The notes under the pieces: model-generated
Seen by the model: the letters and a program-made list of their open reading frames with translations, nothing else
Databases searched by the model: none
Told to the model about the DNA's origin: nothing
Assembly (NCBI RefSeq): GCF_020745735.1
Contig: NC_083424.1
Span: forward strand, 29,684,999 to 29,748,998
Length of the DNA stretch: 64,000 nt
From: Hemiscyllium ocellatum
Taxonomy: Eukaryota
Reading direction: 5' to 3'
Position numbers and translations under genes: made by a program
Shown: positions 26,076-36,380 of the stretch, in pieces
Position numbering within the stretch: the first letter of the stretch is position 1
How the letters are laid out: each line of letters opens with the position of its first letter

Positions 26076-26737
26076 TCTAACTGTAAGACAGCTCACAATC
26101 TATACACCGCTTCCTCTGGCCAGAAGGAAACAACAATCAATGCTAATTGAATAATATCCAGATGTAGTTTAAAAATAAGACATCTCCAAATCAAGAGCAA
26201 CAAGAGGAGAAATCTCTTCTGAGGATCAGTAATTTTTGGAACTTCCTTCCCCAGATAAATATATTCAACGAATTCAGTGTTAAGGACAAATTCAACTGAT
26301 TTTTGATCAGCAAGGGTGTGGAGGGTTTTGTGAGGTCAACAGGAAAATGGCATAATAATAGCACCATTATCGGTTCAGCTATGACTTTACTGAATGGTGC
26401 GGCAGGGAAGTGGGGTCAAATGGATTGATCTAATACATATTTTTTTTACAATCTAGTAGCTTTGTTCGTTCCCCTACACAAACCTGCCAAATGAAAATCA
26501 AACATAATTATTCAGTAGCACAATGAGCCCTCTAACTTACAATTAAATACAGAAAATACTGGTTTCAGCAGTTTGTTTCTATTTCATATCTCCAGCATTA
26601 ACAGTTGTTTTTCCCCCTCGCTACTTACTTTCATATTTTAAAGCAAAAACAAACCTCAGAATATTACAGGACTGCACTGAACCAAAAAAAACCTCAAAAC
26701 CAAGATGGACTGATGAAAAATAAGGAAGAGAAATTAC

Positions 26738-26845
26738 CTTCGGGCCAACGCTTCCTGAGCATCCATAGCAGCATTGCGACCCCTGAATGCTGGAGGCGTT
26801 CGACTCCGACTTCTGCTTCTACTGAACTTGCGTTTTCTTTTTTCT
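26738..26845 (-). CDS. RSRC2: RSRC2 exon 6: EKRKRKFSRSRSRSRTPPAFRGRNAAMDAQEALARR
   Basis: ttgcag|A acceptor, AAG|gtaatt donor; 108 nt; FRGRN.AMDAQEALARR is diagnostic. Confidence 0.95.
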
Positions 26846-27143
26846 CTGCAATATAAATCTTCATTTATGATTTTATTCAAGAGAGGAGTGTATCAAAATG
26901 AAAATACATTAAAAAACCGAAAGAACTGTGGATGCTGTAAATCAGAAACAAGGACTCAAAACTTGTTGAAAAAGTTCTTACATGCCTCAGCATATACAAG
27001 AAACACTCAAAAGTAAAAAGCTAAAGGATTAACTTTCTTAAGGTAACACATTAACTAGAAGATGAGTTTAACGTGAAAATATTTTAGTTTGAAAAGGAAA
27101 TAGACAATGTTTTATAATACAAAGTGGAGGCAAAGGGACTCAC

Positions 27144-27512
27144 TTGCTTCGGCTTCGACTTCTGTGCACCCTGTGCCTTGATCTTGACCGAGATTTTAGG
27201 CGTCGTTTTTTTTCTCTGCTTCTTGAACGCCTGCCCCGGCTCCTCGAACGCCTGCCCCGGCTCCTTGACCGCCTGATCCGGCTCCTGGAGCGCCTGCCCC
27301 GGCTCCTTGAGCGCCTGCCCCGGCTCCTTGAGCGCCTGCCCCGGCTCCTGGAACGCCTGTCCCGGCTTCGAGACCGCTTGTCCCGGCTCCTTGAATGCCT
27401 GTCCCAGCTCCTTGAGCGCTTGTCTCTGCTTTTTGATCGCCTCTCTCGACTCCGAGACCTCTTTTCTCTGCTCCGTGAACGTGACCTCTTCTTTTCACGA
27501 CTCCGATGTCGC
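27144..27512 (-). CDS. RSRC2: RSRC2 exon 5 (RS domain with heptad repeat expansion)
   Basis: ttatag|G acceptor, CAA|gtgagt donor; 369 nt; RHRSREKKRSRSRSREK... Confidence 0.93.
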
Positions 27513-27812
27513 CTATAAATTAGGAACAATATATACACAGGATTACAAAGATAATCAGTCACATGTTAAAATAATCCCAACTGAATAGAATTAGGCATTT
27601 GCTCAACTGCAACATTTGACTAAGACATCTATTTTAATTTAAGTTTTAAAAGAAGCTCAAAACAGCAGTCAGCTCGATTTAAGTAAAGAGGAATTACTTT
27701 TCAATACCTTGCCGTAGAAAAGTGGTCAAGATATTGTCCCAATCAAACCACAAAACACGTTGAAAATTTATTTGAACTCAAAAATATATACATTAAAATT
27801 ATTAATACTGGC

Positions 27813-28003
27813 CTCTCCCTGGACCTGGATCTTGAATAACTGTGTGCTTTTGACGATTTTTTGTCTTTCCGTTTTGGTCTATCTTCTCCATTTTCTGTTG
27901 AACTTAATCGCTCCCTCCCTTTGTCATGCTCCTTGTCACTTTGTTGATCAGAAGATTTTTGTTTTTTGCTGGTACTTCTTTCTTTTATTTCGCGTCTTTG
28001 TTC
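27813..28003 (-). CDS. RSRC2: RSRC2 exon 4: EQRREIKERS...DKGRERLSSTENGEDRPKRK...SRSRSRE
   Basis: aaacag|GAA acceptor; DKGRERL.S.ENGEDR matches RSRC2; 191 nt if the GC donor AG|gccagt is used. Confidence 0.9.
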
Positions 28004-30015
28004 CTGTTTTAAGAAGAAGTTGGTTCTTTCAGGAAAATAGTGCAACAAAGAGAGTTAGTATGGGTAGAAAATACAAAGATTTAATAGTGGGTTGTAAAAG
28101 CAACAATTCTTTGAATGTCTTAGAAGAAGTGAAGTAATAAGCTATCAACATTCAGTGCTTTTTACAACACACCAAACCCAAGAAATAGTAATCAAAAAGT
28201 GTACACTGATACACAGTCAAGGGGTGGAATAATCTACTTGCTTTCCAATAATTAGCCATAAATAACTATTCTATAGGCATGAGACTCATCACTCTACATC
28301 ATCTACTGCCAACACAAAGAACCTCTCCAGCTACACTCAAACCAAAATGAACTTATTTGAATCAAAGACCATTTGTCTTACAAAATTTTCAAATGTGAGT
28401 CACTATACACGTATTTTTCATATAATAGGCACACTGCGCTCAATCCAACTTTGTTATTTATCACATTAGTGACTAAATCTATTTGTATGAAAGTTTCAAA
28501 GACTTCAATTTCAATTGCAAGGCACTATTCAGGTCCTTTCAACTCTCAACACAAGGTAAAACCAAAACACCAATCATAATGCAAATTAGTTACACTTTCA
28601 AGATCTGACCCAAACTCAGTGATATGCATATCTTAAAAACTGTACCTTTCCCACAAATGCTCCTTCCTGTGTACAGTTCCTTGCACTTTACAACTTGGGC
28701 AATCTCAGACTATCACCAACTAATTCTAACCAAGTATTTTTAATTTTGCGAGACCAGTACAAGTGGATGTTTGGGTCAAACGACTAATATCAAAATAAAG
28801 CCAAGCTCTTACAGGAAAAGTGAAAAGGGCTAACTGGGATGCATCAAATGATGCAAATACTAGCCAAAAGATAATGATCTTATGACTGAATTCAAGAAGT
28901 TCAACTTTTCCACTTCTAATGGAAACATATCAATCCTATGCAAGATATCCTCCACATTGAGAAAGAATGATTAATCATGGAACAATTCACAGGGAATAAA
29001 CTTGCCTATCTTCTCGGTGATCATGTCTACTAAGCTTTTTCCTTCAATTAAACAAATTCAAACTATGTTGTTAGATGCTTAAATCCACCAGCAATTTAGA
29101 AAATGACTCAAAAGAATGTTGCACATCCAACTTTCATGCAACTATAATGTTTAAAAAGAATGCTGGTGATTAATTTAAACAACTAGTTGCCATAGAATAT
29201 TTTAGAATTCTAAATCATTTTGTGGTAGCCAATAATCACTCTTCCAAAAATATTTCAGTCCGTAATCAAGAAGTCCAAACACCAACTGTCTATGACAGTA
29301 AAAACCTCACCTCAGTGAAGTTATTTAACAAAGTGCTGATACAAATATTTTGTAAAGATTTTGATATGGCCAAATGTAAACATTTTCAATTTCTACACAT
29401 ACATACACAAAATCACAGGCACACTGAACTTTTACGTCAAAAAACCTACCCATTTGGCGCCTGGTTGGTGGTGGAAAGAACATTCACAAGTTATGTGTTA
29501 TGCATTTAAGCATTAAGTCATTGGAACATGCAAAGGTACTTATGAACATTTTATTTTTTCCAGACCTCAGCATGTTTTTATTAACTACAATTTTGTTATA
29601 TCTATTAGGTATCAGACCTGAAATCAGATTATAATTACAAGCTGAACTCAGTGCCAGCAATGATACTGCGAAAACATACTGCGGCATTTGAAGCAAGAAT
29701 GCCAGCAAGAGTTTTAATGAGCAAGGGTGAAACAAAGTTAGTACCGGGCTAAAGCCCATCAAAATACTAAATATCCAATAATTAGGACATAATTTACAAA
29801 GCAGCATTTATAAAAGGTTGGTCAGTCCTTTGAATTATGCAAAAATCAAATTGAAATATTTGGACATTATCTTATTCAATGTAGTTTGCAGGGAAGAAAA
29901 CGCCTCCTCTCCAAACCAAATTGAATTGACAATTGACTACCACAAACAAAGCAGATTTGCTGGGTGATTCTTTCAAGTTACAAAGCAAATACGAGTGTGA
30001 ATGGCTGATATTTAC

Positions 30016-30098
30016 CTTTTCAGGAGGTAGGCTTATATTTTTTGCTATTTGACTCTGCAGCGTCTTCTGCTCACTGTGTCTCTTCGTGCATTAGCACG
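30016..30098 (-). other. RSRC2: Candidate alternative poison (PTC) exon of RSRC2, 83 nt
   Basis: tactcag|CGT acceptor, AAG|gtaaat donor, in-frame TAG at 30047-30045, GAAGA enhancer-like motifs; resembles my recollection of the human RSRC2 alternative exon. Confidence 0.7.
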
Positions 30099-30461
30099 CT
30101 GAGTACGATTCATTATAGAAATGTTATCATGTGATCTATGTATACAAAGTAAACTTTCCAAACACAAAAATGCCAAAAATCTGTATTGATACCCTCCTAA
30201 ATTGTAATAACTAAATATTAAAATATTTGGTCAATTTTAACCTATTTAATATACTATTCTAATTAGAACTGGGAAGAAAACATTTATAGTCATCTGCTTA
30301 GGTAGGATACAATACTTTGTCATGACAGCTAAGCAATTTTACTTTTGTCTAACAAACTTTGGTACTTACCATCCTGACTGTCAGTACTCAATAAATAAAT
30401 TGTCAGCAGCACAACATTTAGTTCTTAAATTAATTTATATTCTACAGAAAGTATTAATTAC

Positions 30462-30508
30462 CTCTTTGCTTCTGCTGCGACTTTGCCTGGATCTCCGGCT
30501 TTCACTTT
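30462..30508 (-). CDS. RSRC2: RSRC2 exon 3: ESESRRSRQSRSRSKE
   Basis: ttttccag|AA acceptor, GAG|gtaatt donor; 47 nt; phases fit exons 2 and 4. Confidence 0.9.
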
Positions 30509-31600
30509 CTGGAAAATGAAAAACTACTACATGAACAAACTCAGTTGCAAAGAAAACCATGAGCCTATTTATCCATGCATTGTATAATTTTTAAAAATGT
30601 CAGAAAGATCCAGAACAACTGGTCACAAATTCATTTAAGTTCATCAATTCAATCCAGTTTTCAATATGTAATTTAGATATAATTTTGCAACTTGGAGAGT
30701 CGCAAAATTGTCAGTAACCATTACATCAAAAACAACTTCAAACCAAGTTAGATGCTGATCTAACGAATGAGTAATATTCTGACACCCAACCTAAAAATTT
30801 CGAATGCAGCAGAAATATCGACTAATTACTTAACGATTGTCCAATATTCCAGACAAGCAAATAAACTATAGTGTGCAACTAAAATATACTAGTTGCTTTT
30901 ATAAAGGCAGTAACAACGACTCATGCAGCAAATATTTATCAGTAGTTTCATTTTAAGTAGCCTTTTAAGAAATAGAATGGCACTGCTCTTGGATATGGTT
31001 TATAACATCATGGTGTATAACTCTTACTACTAATTTATCTATTTCTCTGTTATATCTGCAGGATCCTTACCTTCAAATATATTAACTATAAAATGCAAAA
31101 ATGTTTTAGCTTCAACTGGAATTTCTCATTTACAGCATTAGACAAAGTGCTCTATTAAAATTTATTGTAGGCAAATGTTCTATGGCTAATAATCCAAATG
31201 AAAACATCCTACATCATTCTCAAACTCAAGATTGCTGCAGCTCTAAAATTATACTATTTAGAAGGCCAATGTGTGCCAACACGTAGTATTCACAATATCC
31301 TGATTTTAGGCTACTTGTCATGACAAGAGCAAAGGAAATCACGTATGTGTTGTGAGAAAAAAGTAAATTGATCCATGATGTCTCTGTACAACTCTAATGC
31401 AATGTTACTCTAGAAATCCAAGAAGAAATCAGCTCCCCTATTAAGTAATGTCAGGAAGTAAGGCCACCTAAATAAGAATATTGTTGGGTGAAAACTGTCA
31501 ACCCTCAAATTGTAACAATTATTCTCCAAGTCAAACTGGAGACTGTAATACCAACATAAAGGTTTAGAATCTTATACGTCAATAGAAACAATGTACACAC

Positions 31601-31961
31601 CAGACTTCCGTTTCTTCTCCCTTGATCTTGATCTCGACCGAGATTGTTTCTTCTCCACAGACCTTGATCTCGACCTGGACCGTTTCTTCTCCACAGATCT
31701 TGACCTTGACCGAGACTGTTTCTTCTCCCTAGATCTTGATCTTGATTGAGACTGTTTTGTGTCCCTGGATCTCGATCTGGTTCGAGACCGTTTCTTCTCC
31801 CTAGATCTTGACCTTGACCGAGATCGAGACCGAGACAGAGATTGGGAAGAACGGTGCTTGTAGCTTTTGGGAGATTTAGACGTTGTCAATCGCTCGCTTT
31901 TCTTTTCTGTGTCTGAAGCAGATTTTTTCAACACCAGCCCATCCTGTTCAGCATCACTTGC
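31601..31961 (-). CDS. RSRC2: RSRC2 exon 2 (ASDAEQDGL... with extra SR decamer repeats)
   Basis: caacag|GCA acceptor, CTG|gtgtgt donor; 361 nt; ASD.E.DGL start and RKS end match RSRC2 exon 2. Confidence 0.9.
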
Positions 31962-34241
31962 CTGTTGGCAGATTTTAAAAGTTGTATCCAGATTAACATT
32001 AATTTTCACAATGTAATTTCTTCTTTTGCTCAGTTTCATCTCCTCCTGAAGTTATTATTCCTCTTCTGGGGCATAACTGCACCATAAACACTAATTTTTA
32101 GTCCTATTGGTTATGACACAAACAACAATCTTGACAGCGTGAGTAAACCAACTTACCTTGTTGAGTGTTGTGGTTCTGGAAGGATCAGAAAGCTGGAGTT
32201 GGTATCATGGTAAAACCTAGCTGTCTCTTACCTAATTCTTACCAATGGGTTACTGGGCGACAACCTGACCGACATTCCTGCTGGGGCCAAGCAGAATGTT
32301 TAACTATCTGGTTTACATTAGCTCACTTAGCACAGACTGAGAATTGAATTTAGGATCTGACCTATATCGTCACTTATTGCAGTAAATTTGCTGAACCACT
32401 ATGGTAGCAGCTACCAAAGAAATTTACAAAGATGACACCTATGTTTAGATGAGTACAGCTTGTCCAATCTCAAGTAAAAGCAAAACAGGATTGGGGTCAC
32501 TAAGTAGTAGTGCACACTCACCTAGTACTCTTTACCTTTTATCTAAAATACTGTGGACAATATAAATCTTTCTGACTGATGTCTCCAAGTTTTCTAAAAT
32601 CTCAGCAAACTGAAAAACAGCAAATGCAATTTCTCATCCTGAAAAAGAGGACAAAGGATTAACCCTCAAATTTACAGGCTGATTATTACTCCAAATATGC
32701 AGTAACTGTTTGAGACAGTTAGGACTGATTATTTGACTGGAGTTTCTTTTGAGGATGGACAGATAAAAAGAGTATGGCTGTGAAAGTCATCTACCCAGTT
32801 TCAGGAAGTCACTGGCCCACGTAACAGACTGAGTCACATTGGATAGATGGCCAATATTAAATTGGACGAATGCATGGCTGAACAGTAGATAACAAGTATC
32901 ACAAACAGCAGGGACTAATAATCTGGCAGCTGTTAATTTCAAACTGTTATAAGTAGCAGAGGTTGGAATATTTCACAACTGAAAATTTTGCAAATCTTGC
33001 AATAAGTGACACCACATGCCTGATACAAAGACTAGATAATTTAACCAATGCATAAGTTAAAGAATTAGCTGGAGGTTGCAACAGAGAAGTGGTAAATGAA
33101 CTTTGAAGAGTGTGAAATCAAGGTTAAGAGGTGACAGTTTGGATTACAACTTAAATAGGAACATACAGTTATCGAAGTCACCTCAATATTTATGTAGTCA
33201 AAAACCTGCTTACTGAATCACAAGGGTTTGTGCAAAGATATCCACTCAGGGAGAAGATGAAGAACAGGGTACACCAGCAGGAGATCTTCAGGATTTTCAA
33301 AAGATGTGAAGGAAGGAAGATTATTCAGTTGAGCAGAAGAATGAATGACTAGGTAACATATCTCAGAATAAATTAACTGAATATGCATTCTTTACATATA
33401 GCTAGTCCACTAAAACAAACTTTGCCCTATAAATTCAGGAATTAGTCCCAGGGTAGACTCCTGACCTCAAGGTGAAACTCAGTGTGGACTCCCTGCTTTA
33501 GAAGGGGCTGTAATGCTGAGCTTCTTTCTTTATTTCTCTAATTTATATCTAATATTTTATATCTTTGTACCCAAGATGATGCTGGAAATGGTGACTTTGT
33601 ATATGTTTCGCTGTACTCATGCATTCCTATACTTGAGTACATGTGACAATAAAGCTAATGCAAAGACATGGTATGTCATTGAAAGGAAATACATCACCAA
33701 AGTTTTAACTTCAACTCAGCATGATAAAAGCAAAAGTATCAAATTGTAAGTCATCAAAACATTTTGTAACACACCTGGAAATGTGACATTTTTGATTGAG
33801 GCTTTGCCATGGGGAACTCTGGGTTTCCCAGGCACTTCAATGAAGGTGCAAGGCTTGTAGGAGTTCCTTTTATTTGCAGAAATGAGGAAAGGGGTCACTT
33901 GAGTGAAGCATTAACAGCAAAATTTAATACAATACATTTTTAAAAAAATGCAAGAAAGCTGCCCTCTGTACAGCACCTCTCACAGAAAGCCCCCTATCGG
34001 TAGCTGACATCAGTGCACGCACAGTAAGGCACCAAGACTAGCGCTGACATTGCACATGTGCAGACTGGCATGGAGAATTCAGTGGAACATCGGCACATGT
34101 GCAAAACAGCAAAGTCCGGTGTGTACATTGGCACATGGGCAGAATGAAGCCCGCAAACTGATCCCAGCTGGAACTGCACTTCTGGTAGAGGTAAGCCATC
34201 TCGAAAACACTGTACCCTAATTCTTCAGCAATGATATTGCC

Positions 34242-34538
34242 AAATCATGCTGCCATTATGCACGCCAATATAACTACCTGTATCCTGCATTGTAATAATC
34301 TATATCACTGAGTTTTAGAACACAGAACAGGAATGCATCCTTTGGCCCAAGATGTTGCGCCAAATATGACGCCAAACTAAACTAATCCCTTCCCTTGGTA
34401 CTAATATCCCTCTACTCCTTGCATATTCATGTGCTTAAATAAAGGTGCCTTAAGCAGCCATACCAAGTTGGCTCTCATCATTCTAGGCAGCCTTGTTCCA
34501 GACTCCTACCACATTTCAAGTAATTCTGAAATTCTGGT
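34242..34538. repeat. Left arm of 297-bp inverted repeat
   Basis: Reverse complement of 35106-35402; I found one mismatch by eye. Confidence 0.93.
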
Positions 34539-34793
34539 AAAATCTGTCAAATACCAATTTGATTTTTCTAGAGCTTAAAGTTGGCATTCAATATGTAATA
34601 TATTAGTAACACTGTCATATTACAGCATTTTAACATACTGGAGCATCATTATTTTTCTACAAATGAGCATCAAGGTTGTTAAGAGTAACCATGTCCCCAT
34701 CAATACCGATTTTGGGTTCTTAGGCTGCAGCAGCATGATTTCATCCTAATACGAACCACCTTTCTTGCCCTGAATCTAGCAACTCTACCAGGT

Positions 34794-35105
34794 TTAGATT
34801 AGATTAGATTAGATTTACAGTGTGGAAACAGGCCCTTCGGCCCAACAAGTCCACACCGACCCGCAACCCACCCATACCCCTACATTTACCCCTTACCTAA
34901 CACTACGGGCAATTTAGCTTGGCCAATTCACCTGACCTGCACATCTTTGTGACTGTGGGAGGAAACCGGAGCACCCGGAGGAAACCCACGCAGACACGGG
35001 GAGAACGTGCAAACTCCACACAGTCAGTCGCCTGAGTCGGGAATTGAACCCGGGTCTACAGCGCTGTGAGGCAGCAGTGCTAACCACTGTGCCACCGTGC
35101 CGCCC
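34794..35105 (-). mobile_element. tRNA-derived V-domain SINE (HE1-like), full length, with (TAATC)n tail
   Basis: Reverse-complement match to 16848-17162; many CpGs retained; TTAGA repeats at 34794-34813. Confidence 0.92.
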
Positions 35106-35402
35106 ACCAGAATTTCAGAATTACTTGAAATGTGGTAGGAGTCTGGAACAAGGCTGCCTAGAATGATGAGAGCCAACTTGGTATGGCTGCTTAAGGCACC
35201 TTTATTTAAGCACATGAATATGCAAGGAGTAGAGGGATATTAGTACCAAGGGAAGGGATTAGTTTAGTTTGGCGTCATATTTGGCGCAACATCTTGGGCC
35301 AAAGGATGCATTCCTATTCTGTGTTCTAAAACTCAGTGATATAGATTATTACAATGCAGGATACAGGTAGTTATATTGGCGTGCATAATGGCAGCATGAT
35401 TT
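35106..35402. repeat. Right arm of 297-bp inverted repeat
   Basis: Reverse complement of 34242-34538; abuts the SINE 5' end. Confidence 0.93.
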
Positions 35403-35489
35403 CTTCAAGGCAAGTTAAAATAATTCATGTTAGGATGATACAATGCTGCTGGAGCCTCAGAATCCAAAATGGGTATTGAAGGAGGCATG

Positions 35490-35582
35490 GTTACTGATGA
35501 AGGGCTTATACCCAAAATGCTGATTCTCCTGGTCCTCAGATACTGCCTGACCTGCTGTGTTTTTCCAGCATCACACTCGACT
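35490..35582 (+). repeat. Penelope-derived repeat, family A, degenerate
   Basis: CTGATGAAGGGCTTATACCCAAAATGCTGATTCTCC followed by the CTGCCTGACCTGCTGTG tail. Confidence 0.75.
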
Positions 35583-36083
35583 AAATTTAAAGCGAGGCGA
35601 GCTATGAATTTAGTTAAAGTTATTAAGTGATTTATTATGCACAATACTACGTTTTGTGAATCGAATACAAACTCCAAGGCCTAATATCCAACAAGGCTAG
35701 AGCTCTAGTCGGTTCTTCAATCTAACAACATGATCCACTGGGCTGAGAAGATCCTTTCGATGCCAAATACACCTCATCATTAGATTTTTCACATGTTAAG
35801 TACATAAAGCTAATGGAAATAGTACAAGTCGTAGAATCTGACAGCCCTTCCGCTAAAAATGATGTGCACAATAAACGAACTTAGAACGCAGTGTCTCATC
35901 ATCACATTTCTTCAACACAGCAGCCAGTGGCTTAACTATGTTATCAAGAAAAGATGCATAAAGCAAAATCGGATTATCTAATAATATTAAACGAGCGACT
36001 GTTAACCTGACATGATGTGAAAAGGGTTTCATAATGATGTCGTCTATATTGAAAGAGACGAATGTTCCAGAAAAAAATATTTC

Positions 36084-36107
36084 CAAGATGGCGCCTACCG
36101 CCATTTT
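36084..36107. promoter_or_regulatory. Two oppositely oriented YY1-type motifs in RSRC2 intron 1
   Basis: CAAGATGGCG (36084-36093) and CCGCCATTTT (36098-36107), about 110 nt downstream of exon 1 in transcript direction. Confidence 0.55.
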
Positions 36108-36212
36108 CTACTCAATGACCGTGCCACCGTACCGTCGTGCAGGCCTCCGAAAAACCCCGAATTTATCACATAAACGGGGAAACATCAATGTTATTTATTT
36201 GAGAATACTCAC

Positions 36213-36218
36213 CGCCAT
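36213..36218 (-). CDS. RSRC2: RSRC2 exon 1 coding part (ATG GCG, MA)
   Basis: ATGGCG|gtgagt in a CpG-rich island; splicing to exon 2 gives MAASD, the known RSRC2 N-terminus. Confidence 0.9.
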
Positions 36219-36380
36219 ATCCCCAAGCGTTTTTGTAAGAGAAACAGCCGTCAATCCGCCGCCGATAGGGTCAGCAGCCACCACAGCCGCCTCCCAGCCG
36301 ACAAAATGCTCAGTGACGAACAGCCTCCTCGCACTGGTGCATTGTGCGCACGCACTGACCCGCCTCCACAGGATTGTCGT
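36219..36380 (-). promoter_or_regulatory. RSRC2: RSRC2 5' UTR / CpG-rich promoter with NRF1-like motif
   Basis: Local CpG enrichment; TGCGCACGCA at 36345-36354; CCCGCC GC-box-like at about 36359-36365. Confidence 0.65.

Noticed and set aside
27144-27518. Plus-strand ORF with LLERLPR repeats and minus-strand GAGAG ORF
   Set aside because: Shadow frames of the RSRC2 exon 5 minisatellite; no independent splice or promoter support.
33990-34180. Repeated GCACATGTGCA-like palindromes
   Set aside because: Resemble CpG-decayed GCGCATGCGC motifs in an old repeat; cannot support a function.
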